Source: Vermamoeba vermiformis (lineage: Eukaryota). From it: 46,247 bases of DNA. The stretch is taken from positions 62,001 through 108,247 of the forward strand of contig JBEWZL010000296.1 of NCBI GenBank assembly GCA_045837725.1, read 5' to 3'. Position numbers and translations under genes: made by a program. This document shows positions 25,026 to 36,363 of the stretch, piece after piece. Within the stretch, counting starts at the first letter, position 1; the number at the start of each line of letters is the position of its first letter. The notes below the pieces were generated by a model. The model had not been told where the DNA came from and did no database searches. It saw nothing but the letters and a program-made list of their open reading frames with translations.

Positions 25026-28000
25026 CTAAAATAGACCCAATTTCTTCTTCTCAAGCAATTGTTTCCATTTAGGGACCTTTGCGAATTCAGCGCGGGTCAT
25101 GCCGAACACTTTGTCGAATTCTTCGTCGGTCAAATGCACTTCGAGTTGAGATCTGTCGCATTCTTTTGGCGCATTTGTCTTCAACACTTCGTACGGGTAC
25201 TTCTGATAGAATACTTGTAAAGTCTCGGTAACGCCGGCAGCGGGCTTTTGTTCCGGAGCAGCTCCGTCAGTCTTTGCAGCTGTTTGTGGTGCAGTGCCAC
25301 TTTGGGCAGCAGCTTCTGTGACAGGTGCCGTGGGATCTTCCCAGTCATGGAACAGTGCTTTGAAGCGCAATGGCTCTTTGCCTAATAAGGAAATGGTGTC
25401 AGCTCAAAAGTTCATGAAAAATACTTCCAAATACGTAAATCTTTTTCGTACCTTCTTCGATGACGGAGGTATTCATTTCAATGCCTCGATTTTCACGCTC
25501 TTTCAGCAGTGTCAAGTATTCAGCGGCGATTTCAAGGGCACTTCGCTTCTTCATTTCAGTCGACTTGGATCCGACCCACACTGTTGACGGACCATAAGCA
25601 ACACTGTATTAACACCTTTACGAGTTTACTTACCGAAGAGTTCAAAGTAGGCGTCGAGTATGAAAATGTCTTTGGACAGCAGATCTTCTTGGTAAAACTC
25701 GTAGATTTCATTGGCCTTTGAAAGTTGGTCAGTCACACGACTTGAAAAATCACCGGCTGTGACTTACAGAGAATACCGCATTCGCTGTTTTAGCAGCAGT
25801 GCAGTGGAACAAATGCATTTTGAGCAGTGGTGACGACAGGAACTCGTCATCAGCGTAAGGTTTTTTGCCGCCAATCGCCTCCCAGAACTCGGCCGGTTCT
25901 TCGCCTTCGAGGATTTTGACCACGAGTTTAATTTCCTAAAAAGGCAAAGCGTTTAGAATTGACAGAAATACTTGCAATCTTTTCGCACTTACAATGCCGC
26001 GAGTCTCGTCAAACTCGTTCATGTTGTTAGCGAGTTCGTCAATCCAGCCGATCTTGTCCATGTCAAGCCCCAGTGCCTTGCCGTACCACACGTATTGCAT
26101 CTTCGTGTCTGTATTGCGCACCACGAATGCATCGCGTGAGTTCAAACGAGAAGCAGACTAACAATGACATCGTGAGACAAACATCGGAAGTGATGTCATT
26201 AAAGTACGTACGACTGTCTTGGTTTGAATGGCGTGGATGGGCAAGATGTCAGTGCCGCGCAAGTGATACATGGCGACCTTGTCCAATGCATCGCCTTTGT
26301 GACCACGGTACACAATGTACAGGCCTTGGAATGCCAACAGGAACTGCAAGGTCTCTTTGTTTTGGAAAATCATTTGCTGCAATTAACAAGTTAGCCCCGT
26401 CTTATCCTACTTCCTAATAAGGAAATAAATTAAATTGACCGTACCTGCACGATGAACAAGGTGCGTGAGTAATGGCGGTAGAGATCTTCGGTGAATTTGA
26501 CAGCATAGCCCTGCTCGAGCTTGTTGCTGTCTTTGCCTTGCCAGGTCCAAATAATGTAGCGCAAAGCATTGTTCTTCTTGTACTCGTAGAGAATGATGTA
26601 GCATTGGCCCGAATAGAAATGACCGAACTCTTCTTCAGGTACTTCAATCTTGAATGGAGCGCGTTAGTTAGGATTATTTATGGCCCTTCTATCCTTACCT
26701 TGGTGCGCTTGTCCTTGACCATCCAGACCTTGAGCGTGCCTTCACCGTCAGGACAGGGCACGTCATCTTCAGGACGCAAGTTGAGCAACATAGTCTCGAC
26801 ATTGAATTTGTTCGAGTAAACTTTCTTAACGTTCAACGACTCGTGTTGACGGAACATCTACAATGACACGTGTCAACAGCTAAATGTGAGTCAAATGAGG
26901 ACGTACCTTTTTGATGGCCGATTGATGACTCAAATCAGGCCAGTCTGCAAATCGTTCTCTGAATAAGAAAGGCTCGCCACCCTGACCAACCATGAACATT
27001 TGTGCCCACGGAGCACGTGTCTCTTGCTTGAAAAGTTTCTTCGTTTCACCCTTGAGAGCATCACGCTTGATCTCCGAGCAATCTCGACCGTACCAGCCAT
27101 AGACTTCATTGCCGCAGTCCAGCACGTAGATTTCAGTGTCAACGAGCATGTCCATCAACAACTTCTTTTCGGGCTGAAGAACGACTTCGAGTCTCGTTTG
27201 ACCGTTGTCTTCGACTTCCACTTTGTACAGCTTGGCATGGTCCATCATGTCCTTCTCGTACTGCTCGTCATCACCGCCCTCTTCGCGAGGAGCAATAGTC
27301 TCAGGCTAGTAAATGTCAGCACGTGATTACTTCCGTAGCTGGATCTTACCTTGCCGCCAAGAGCTTTCCAGAACGCTTCTTGGTCCTCGTCCTTGGCGTA
27401 CTTGTCGACGGTCACGATGGTCGCGTGTGATGCTCGCTCGTGGTCGCGAATCATTGTAGCAATGCCAACTGCCTTAGACTTCTCCACTGCATTGGCCTTG
27501 GCGCCGTTCCACACGTAGATCACCTTGTCTAGATCCAGCACAAAAGCATCGCCTTCATTCAAGGACTTGGCCGATACCTGACAAGCTCGTTAGATTGACT
27601 TTCAGAGCATGGCTAAGTGCTGCTTGAACTTACCTCAACCTCGCGAACCCACACACGACGCTTGCCCTTGCAGTGCATCAATCGCACGCGGTGTACCTGT
27701 TCTTGTGCCTTCTTAACAGCAACTTTGTACCTGCGAAGAGTTAGCAACGCGACTTAAAAAAAGTGGGCGCGAGTGATCGTACATTTTAGCGGTCTCTTGG
27801 TTGTCGCGCTCTCTATCCCATTTTCGCGCGCTGGCGAGCACTTCTTTCTGGTTTTGTGCTTTTCTTTGCTCTTGTTCCTGTGCTCAGATTAGTCCTTGAC
27901 AAATGGCTAAAGTAACACTTACAATGCGCTCTTTTTCTTTCCTGCTTTCTCCGGCTTGGAAGAACTGATCGAGAGGACTGCTCGTGGTGGCAGGTGTTGT

Positions 28001-29566
28001 GGTCGTGACTGCAGGCTTGACTTGCACAGCAGGCGTTGTAACAGTAACGGCAGGCGTAGTTTCAACAGGCTTTACGTCTTCCTTCTTGGGCTCAGCTTGC
28101 TTGACGGGTGACGTGGTCTCCGCAGAAGTGGTTGGCTTGACCTCTGGCTTCGCATCAGGCTCTGTGGCTTTATAATGTTCTCGCGGAGTGACTTGCAACA
28201 CGACGACTTCCTCGGTAACTTCGAGTTTAAGAGGTTCGACAGCGAGAGATATGACAGGCTTCTCTTCAACGGCTGGCTTGTCATCGATGGTGATGTTCTC
28301 GGGCTGCGGTGCCTCAACTTCAACCTCTTCAGCACCAGCTTGTTTGCTTAACTTTTGATTGAACTTTTGAACCATGTCGAACCTTTGGCACAGGTCAGTA
28401 TTAAAGAATTTTAGTGCGTTAAAATCTTACTTAGTTGCCGGTTTGTTGGCACCTCTTCTCGGCAAGGCACGCTTCTTTAAGGCTGAGGTTTCTGTGGTCG
28501 TAGTGGACTCGGCAGTCTCTTTAGGAGGATCGACTGAAATTTCCTGTGCAGGAGTTGGAGCCTTCGTAATTGTAATCTCAACTCGCGGAGTGGAAGTGGC
28601 GGATCCGGTAGTTGGAGCTGGCTGATTTTGTGCAGGAGCAGTAAATAGGTCATAAACTACCTTACGTTCCACCTGAACCATACGAATCGATTTACTGCTA
28701 ATCGTGCGCTGGCCCCATTTTTCCTAATATAAGAACAACAAAAATGTTAGCAAAGATTATCAATCCCAAATCAGTTCCGTATCTCACCTTGTAACTCTTT
28801 TGACGGCTCAACGTTCGATACTTTTGTTCTTGAGTACGAGTATCGTGCGTTTTATAGGCCGCAACAAGATCTTCGACATCTGCTGCTTGTTTTTGTAGCT
28901 CTGCAAAATCTTGCTGTTGTTTGTCTTTATCTTCGGTCTCCGTTTGCGTAGTCTCGGTCGTAGACTCAAGTTCGTCTTTTTTATCCTTCTTTTTGTCCTT
29001 TTTATCTTTTTTATCCTTTGTTTTGTTCTTCTCTTTCTCTTTTTTCTTTTTCTTCTCGGGATCTTCGCTGTCTGCTAGCGGATCTCGCGTCTTTCCATCG
29101 TAACTCGATTTGATTTTACGATGACCTGATTTTTCCTTCTTTTTCTCTTTTTTATCGTCCTCCTTCTTGTGATCTGCTTTCTTTTTCTTATCATCGGCCT
29201 CAGTTCCGTTCTTAATGGTAGACGAGTTAGGCCCGCTATCTGTCGCATTCTCACTTTCAGCAAAATGCGCGAGAGCTTGCGCATCTGCGGCTTCGGCACC
29301 CTTGTGATCAGATGAATCTTCCTTGTCTTTCTTCTTTAAAAAATTAAACATCCCAGAAATTCGATTTTTCTTCTTCGTTTGGGAGTCAACTTTAAGCTGG
29401 GTGACTTTGTCTTTCGACGCGTCGTCCGATCTAAATTGACACCGTTTAAAAAATGATTTTTGTATAAAATTAATTACGCTTCGGCTATTTTCCCAAACTT
29501 GTAAAAATTAATTACTGCAGTGTATTTAACTTACGCTTTCTTCGAGGGCGTTTCCTTATCGGCCAT
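25026..29566 (-). CDS. Villin/supervillin-like protein: long low-complexity N-terminus, five recognisable gelsolin repeats and a villin headpiece
   Basis: RLMHCKGKRRVWVREV, SLNEGDAFVLD...IYVWNG, IYVLDCGNEVYGWYG, GHFYSGQCYIILY and LNSRDAFVV. Headpiece HLTDEEFDKVFGMTRAEFAKVPKWKQLLEKKKLGLF*. Start MADKETPSKK at 29566. Confidence 0.92.
26864..26875. repeat. Palindrome TGACACGTGTCA (villin-like gene intron 26858-26906)
   Basis: Exact match. Confidence 0.95.
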
Positions 29567-30007
29567 TGACGGGGTCAATCTGAAAAAAAATCTTCTGTCA
29601 ACTTCGATATGTTAGAACGCAAAATAAACCATAAAAATGTATTTAAGTAAGATTTGCGTTTCATAAACAAATTTTCCACTGCCAATAAACTACCTAATAA
29701 TGGATGAGAAAATCTTTTAGATGCGCTTGTCGATCTACACAACTTACAACTATATACAAGCGATCAATATGAAGTATGCTCTACACTGGTGTTCATTGAT
29801 CGGTCGGTGCTAAAAAAAGCCGTCAATAAATCATTTCTTTTATCAACGACCAAAAACCATTGTTACGCATGCCGCAATTTGAAGACGAGCGTTGATCAAT
29901 CCAAAAAGCCAAGAAAATGTTAGAGATGCCCAGCATGGAATCGCTTGCAAGTTTATCGATTTTATTTTAATTTGCTTGAACAACTTGAAGTTAGAAACAA
30001 ATCATAA

Positions 30008-31326
30008 ATGTTGAGAAAAAACTACAAGGTCGGCCTGTGGTACCTAAACCCCAAACTATTCATTTCTCATCCACCTCTTGTATTCAGGTTGTGTTCGAGA
30101 CTGAAGTAACGGAAAATAATGATCTGCACCTGCCCTATTTACCTATTAAATTATTGGAAGCCATGTGTTACGCTGGGTTTGTCTTCACGATTAAGTAATT
30201 TATTCGAAATTAATTAATTATTTATTATGAAGGGTGCCGGAACTCGACTCTTCGGCGCTCCCCGTGCTTAAGAAATACACTGTAATCAGTGCAATTAAAG
30301 AGTGCTACAAAATATTCGGTCTGAAGAAAAGAAAAGAAAAGAGACAATTCGTTGGTGTGATTAGATCCAAAACGGAGTACCACACTGAGCTGAAAGCTCA
30401 TCGGATTTTAGACCCTAGCGAGTGCCCACATATTATCCAACTATACGAGTCTGTTCAACTGAGCGAACTCAGGGGGCTTATCGTTACACATTTCTACAAC
30501 ACATTCGACTACAAAGTCTTGCGACCATTCGCTAAACTTGTTGTCTATCAATTGCTTCAGGTACATATTAATTATCGTATTAAGAGTCATACCCTTTGGT
30601 CAAAATATATAATATATATCTAGTTTCACTTTCAACTGCAAAGATTCGCGCTTTCAACGCACATCCACGGATTAATTAACATTCATTTAGGCGCTCAAAG
30701 TCTGTCACGACCACGGCGTATATCACAGAGACGTCAAGCCAGACAACATTGTGTTCTCGTGGGACGGAGATAAGCCGCACATCTACTTGCTCGACTTCGA
30801 AATTGCGTTCATTCCGGATGGTGAACACGATATGGGACAAATGTGCGGAACAATTGATTATATGGCACCCGAGCTATACTTCTGCTGTATGAAAAGTACA
30901 ATACGATAAGTTTGACTCGTGGGGTGCAGGTCTGGTGCTGACTGAGTTGGTAAGAGCTAGAGCTTCCTTTTGACAAAAATAACTGCCTCACTACCCACTA
31001 TTTTTTACCAGTTGCTACACAAGCCTCGAATGTTGCGCGACGATCGAAGGATGGAACAATGGGACCAGAAGAAGGACGAATGGTTCAAAGATCAAGATCC
31101 ACTCGCATACGATCTTGTGTTGAAGTTGCTGAATGAAGAACCCGAAGACAGAATCGACGTGTATGATGCATTTAATCATGCGTACTTTGACGATGTGCGC
31201 GAGAAGAATGACAGCAAAGAGAATAAGGCGAATGAATGTAAGAAGAGAAAGTTAGATCTGTCCAGCACTTCGGAATCAAACTCCGAAGCAGCACCACCAG
31301 AGAAGCGAAGGAAGAAACTAAATTGA
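30008..31326 (+). pseudogene. Degenerate Ser/Thr protein kinase-like gene with an apparent frameshift (pseudogene or assembly error)
   Basis: HRDVKPDNI, DFE in place of DFG, and CGTIDYMAPE, then an in-frame TAA at 30907. DSWGAGLVL continues in the +1 frame. C-lobe AYDLVLKLL...RI...AFNHAYF. No Gly-rich loop or VAIK lysine seen. Confidence 0.7.
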
Positions 31327-31495
31327 CGAGCCTACCGAGTCCATTATCACTCCTGTTACGAACTAACGTTAGAACGTTGCGCACATCGCGGAAGATACAG
31401 CTGCAACCGAAAACCTCCTTAATGTCTCCGTATTGCCTAAATATATGCGATGCCATAGTAGAGGTCGTGGCAGATAAGCCTAATCAAACTTTACA

Positions 31496-34060
31496 TTAAA
31501 ACTCACTACCGTCAATATCTTCGTCGTAATCCTCAGTATCTGCTATAGATCTATTTGAAAAAGCGGTGGTGGTTCGACTGATATCCGATCTGCCCTTCGA
31601 CGCCATAATAACGGCCATATTCTTTCGCTCTTGCTCACTTTCATCAACGCTAAATTCATTTCCTTCTTCTTCGTCTGACGAGTCTTCAAAGGTCCAGTCT
31701 TTGAACTCCGCTTCGAGCTGTGATATCGTTGGCGGTGCAGAACTATCGCTGAGCTTTGCAGACTTGCGTGACTGTTCCCTCAAACTCGGCACTCCTTGGT
31801 CTCTCAATGCCTCGCGGATTTGTGTTTGAATGTCCACCAATTCGCTGCTGAGCTGAAGAGAATTGGACTTCCGTTGAAGACTTTGCATGAGCTGCAACCG
31901 CCTCTTCGAGGTCACCGATGGAATAGTGAGAAGGTCTTGGAAGATTTCGTAGTTGACGATCATTTCTTTCACGACGTAAAGCGCCATGCCACTTTGTTCA
32001 TGAAGGCTGTTGGGGCGGAAAATATATCGTGCGAACATCAATGGCACTATTTCCGTGTACGTATTTCTCGGCAATATGATGCTGAGTGACTGAAATATCT
32101 TTCCAAGAATTGCTCTATTCGCCTTCGGCAGCTCCGTCACAATGGACCGCTGAACATTCAGCCTTGATTCAGGCGAAGAGATGTTAAATGTAGCAAACAA
32201 GCAGTCGTAGAACTCTGCAGGGAAGAGCGGACTAGGCAACTCGTTGAGCCATTCAAGAATTACATCGATCAATGCGGAGGGGTTGTCTATCTTCTCAAAG
32301 TCCACGGTCTGCCCGTTTTCAATGGCTAACTTGATCGGCGTTGAGTCGTGAGGCAGACTCAGTTCAGCACCCTCACACGTCACTATTGGCACGTTAACAC
32401 GAATACCATAGTAAGTACTATGAAGCACGTACCTAACAAGTAATCCATTATTTGTGCAACCACATTTGGAATGCCCATTTCGTTGCATTCTTGAATGTCT
32501 TCTAAGTTTCGCTTAAAGAGCCCACCTTTGGATGCAATCGATTTCTATACCATAGTAAGTCATGGCTGAACTCAATACCATGCTTTTACTTACGACTGAG
32601 TCTTGTGGCACGTTCTCTTTCTCGTCAAAGTTGGTGTCGTAATTGATTTTGACAATTGTATCGAACTTCACGCTGATTGGTTTCGGGCTCGACGTCGTTA
32701 CTGTGAACTTCCGAAGCGCCTCGAGACTGACCGCAGAAAGCGCTTTGTCCTCTTGTTGCTTGTTGAACGCGATCACCCAACAATCTCGATCCACTTCTGT
32801 CTCGGCAATGAACACCTGTTACTCGTCAATAAAGGTAATTAATCAATTGGAAACCTTACCAATGGTGTCTTCTTGCCACATTCAACGCAAAAGGCATTTT
32901 TCCAATCGAGAACGGATTCAACTACTGGTTTGGGTGTAACAACACGGTGCGTGGGAGCCAGTGAAGGTGCCTTAGAGCCCTCGCCGCTGCTTCGGATACT
33001 ATACTCATCCTACAAGGTGATTAGAATCAATTGTTCGACGAGGTGTTGCACTACTTCGTCTGAAGTGTTCCGCGTTCCAAGCGACTTCCTCGGCGAAGAG
33101 GGCTTTTGATCACGCGGGGAGGCCATTGGAGATAGGCTGTTATTGTTCTTATCTGACGGTCCTAGTGAAACATGCGTGAGAATTATTTCAACGGTTACAC
33201 TGAAAAGCTCGTACTTGGTGAAGCAGTGCCCTTCTTACTAGCTTTCGTATCGTCCAAGTTCTTTAAATTTGCAACAGCAGCGATGGCTTCTTTAAGTTCA
33301 TACTGGCGGTAAGGATGTTTCTCCTATTTGACGATGAGTACTTGGTATGAAAGTGGATCTCATCGTGTACCTTCGGATAATGATATTTATACAGCATGCC
33401 AGTACGAAGCACAAACCATCGTCGCTTGCACACACCTTCCTTGAATTGATATAGAAATCCCATTGCTTCGATGGATGTGTTCATTGGTGACACGGGTTCT
33501 GGCGCGGAAGATACCGTGGCCTCGCTGGGACCACGGAGGATTAGATAAATGCACCTAGCCATGAGAAAGCCTTACATATCATCTTCTTGCGGCGCATTCA
33601 TTGACTGCGCATCAGCCGTCAAAAACAATCGTAGCTTTTTGTCTCGCGTGATAGTTTTGTTGTGTACGACTAAAAATAGCCAATTCTGCAGTAATTGATG
33701 CCGCCTATCGATGACATAAGGAGATAGATTTTTCTTAAGTGCCTTCGGAGGAAAATTCTTTGGTACAATAGTGCCCCAAGTATTTTTGAGCTGATAAGGC
33801 CTCAATAAATATTAATTATTAAAATTAGCGTTCGACCTACATGTTCATTCAACGCATGAAATTGGCGATATCTTCGTCGAATAAGCCAAGAAGTTCCACT
33901 TTCGAATACAAGCACCTCGAACTCCTGAAATTTAGTGAGTAAGAATTTTCTAATTAAAGCCGTAAAGGTTAAAAATAATAACAAAGCGGCTAAACGAGTT
34001 ACAGTAGCCGATCGAGTTTTTTGGTGGCTTTAACAAAATTTTCTGTGCGAGATTTTTCAT
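31496..34060 (-). CDS. PX + split PH + RhoGAP-like domain protein
   Basis: PX: WLIRRRYRQFHALNEH...FPPK...IDRRHQLLQNWL. PH: GFLYQFKEGVCKRRWFVL...FIAETEVDRDCWVIAF. RhoGAP-like: IPNVVAQIMDYLL...WLNELPSPLF...LPKANRAIL. Confidence 0.85.
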
Positions 34061-34510
34061 ATTTTTTTTTTATCAAGTTTTTTGGATGCCACACTGATTG
34101 CGCCTTTTTAATACAACAAAGTTATACAAATTCACTGTGACATACCGTATAAGCTTTTTTATTTTTAGGAGTGACTACGCAAGTTCTCAAAATTACTGCG
34201 TGAAGATCGTCTCCTAAGCCGAACTCCTGAGCCTTAGTTGGATTATGCTCGGCCATTCAAATAATCTTTTATGCATGTTCGAGCCAAAATATCTGTTAAA
34301 ATGAAAATAGCTTGGAAAAAAAAGATCGAGCAAACATTCCCCAAGAGGCAGGTGCCCAGTCAGTGACCGACGAACAATAAGGTATATCCTGTCGAACCAT
34401 CTAGATTTGTTCCATCTTGGAAGTCGAATGTTCGTTGCCAAACTTGGATCGGGAAATTATCCGTGTCAACAGTGCTGTCAGCGTGTTTTGCGATACCTTC
34501 GATTTCTAGA

Positions 34511-35110
34511 ATGACAGCTTCATTGAATCATCACACAATCATGGCGCAAGCAGCAAGAGCATTAAAAATTTTCCTTAGACAACCGTTCACGCAGTCATCA
34601 AAGAGCGATGTTGCTCGTATTCAATCCGTGATGGATGCGATAAAGAGTTCGGACGGCAAGCCCTACAAGCTTGATTTCTTGACCGCGCCCATTGCTGAAA
34701 GTGAAGACAGCTTCAAGATTGCCTTCGAGACCTCGCAACGCAAGTCATTCACTCCATTCAATTTCAGAAATCATCGGTTGGGACTATTAAAAGAAGCTGA
34801 TGCATTTATCATTATTAAAACTTCTCTGAGTGAAAGCACTGCATTTGAAGTGGCCTACAATATATTCGGAGGACGAAACGTGCCAATGCTATTCGCCATC
34901 CACGAAAGTTCCTTCCCCATTAAAACGACACTGCTTAGAGAACTTGACGACCTTGCTAGCCACGTAGAGTATGTCACATTTAAGAATGGAGAAGAACTTC
35001 AAGGTCCCGTCCAGTCGTTTTTAAAACGTGTGGACGAAATTAAGAAAGCGAAATCCAGCACTTTAGAAAAACCGACCGCATCGCCACGACCTACTATGGT
35101 CCATGTATAG
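34511..35110 (+). CDS. Intronless nucleoside 2-deoxyribosyltransferase / DNPH1(RCL)-like Rossmannoid protein
   Basis: Single exon with start ATG 34511 or 34541. KIFLRQPF and LLKEADAFIIIKTSLSESTAFEVAY resemble the NDT/DNPH1 segment ADxxxxxxTxxSxxxx[YF]E. Confidence 0.6.
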   Translation: MTASLNHHTIMAQAARALKIFLRQPFTQSSKSDVARIQSVMDAIKSSDGKPYKLDFLTAPIAESEDSFKIAFETSQRKSFTPFNFRNHRLGLLKEADAFIIIKTSLSESTAFEVAYNIFGGRNVPMLFAIHESSFPIKTTLLRELDDLASHVEYVTFKNGEELQGPVQSFLKRVDEIKKAKSSTLEKPTASPRPTMVHV

Positions 35111-35139
35111 TTTCCATGATTTTAAAGTACATAAAGCAT

Positions 35140-36100
35140 TTATTTATGGTCTTCCATAAGTTCGTAATGCAGATCTGAGTTCTTCTTTGCCGGTTGCCTT
35201 CCGTAAGCAGCCCAATATAAGAATCCGACTAATATTAAACCTCCAAACGTGTTACCAACGGTTAATAAAACAAGATTCAACACGAACTCTGCTCCTGAGA
35301 TATCCGCGCCGTTCATCATTGCCAAAGGTATGAAGTACATGTTGGCAACCAAGTGATCGAAGCCAATAGCAATAAAGGATGTTATAGGAAAGAATATGGC
35401 AAAGATTTTCCCTGTAATTGAACATTATGTGAGCAAAAGTGTACACACATACGGATCTACGTTTCATGAAACGATCTGCTAACCTATTATCTCGTCCGAT
35501 GCTGTCGACATCCAAGTTGCCAAACAAACGAGCCATGTGCAACCAATACCTCGAATTAGCTGTTGATACCAGATAATTTGAACTTTGTTCTCGCCAAATC
35601 TGTTGACGAAGGAGTTCCAAGGATCATTGTCGACTAGACCAGCAAGCTTAGTAAAAAAGCCAGCAACTATGACCGCGCCAATGAAATTGCCGATATACGC
35701 GAATGCCAAATGCTTTGCAATCTTCAACGGCTTAACGCGTCTTTCAATCAAGCTTGGCAAAATATAGATAGTGTTTGCTGTATACAACTACGCAAGTTTT
35801 AGTCACGATTAATTATTATTTTAACATTAATTTGCCGATATTTACCTCCGATCCAGATATCACGCACAACATTAAACCAAAAGTAAATACTGCACCAAAT
35901 ACTAAACGTTGTAAGCCAGGATTATCTTCTTGAATAGATGGAATTCCACCGCCAACCATGATCGCCATCAAGCAGCCAAGAGAAATGTAAGATCCGGCAA
36001 AAAAACCGAGAACTAAAATTCGCTCCCAGCTCTGCTCGGTCTTATCTTTAGCCACAGTACATATTTGTTCTAAAATCTTCTTGGGCGGTATATGAGGCAT
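35140..36100 (-). CDS. Formate/nitrite transporter (FNT; FocA/NirC family)
   Basis: GFFAGSYISLG, GSE|LYTAN, YIGNFIGA, RGIGCTWLVCLA, AIGFDHLVANMYFIP and GNTFGG. Two introns. Confidence 0.95.
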
Positions 36101-36363
36101 TTCGCGGTGTCGTGAGTATTAGAGATCGGGTTATTGAAACAATAATTATCCGGGTATTTTCAGGCTTCGATATTTTGCGTAGCTTGGCAAAATGGTGTTC
36201 TAGAAGTGGCTCTGTTTGGGATAGAAGGCCCAAACTCGAAAATAGGGAAACGTGCACAAGTAGACGACAGCTGTCAATCTAAGGAAAGTTCTAGAAAGGC
36301 ACAACGTTTAAAAAATGTTGTTTGGAATCGTGTCCCTTTAATAATTAACGATTAAACAGTAAA

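Noticed and set aside
30887-30896. 10-nt GT-AG micro-intron repairing the kinase frame
   Set aside because: Far shorter than any other intron here, with no room for a branch site.
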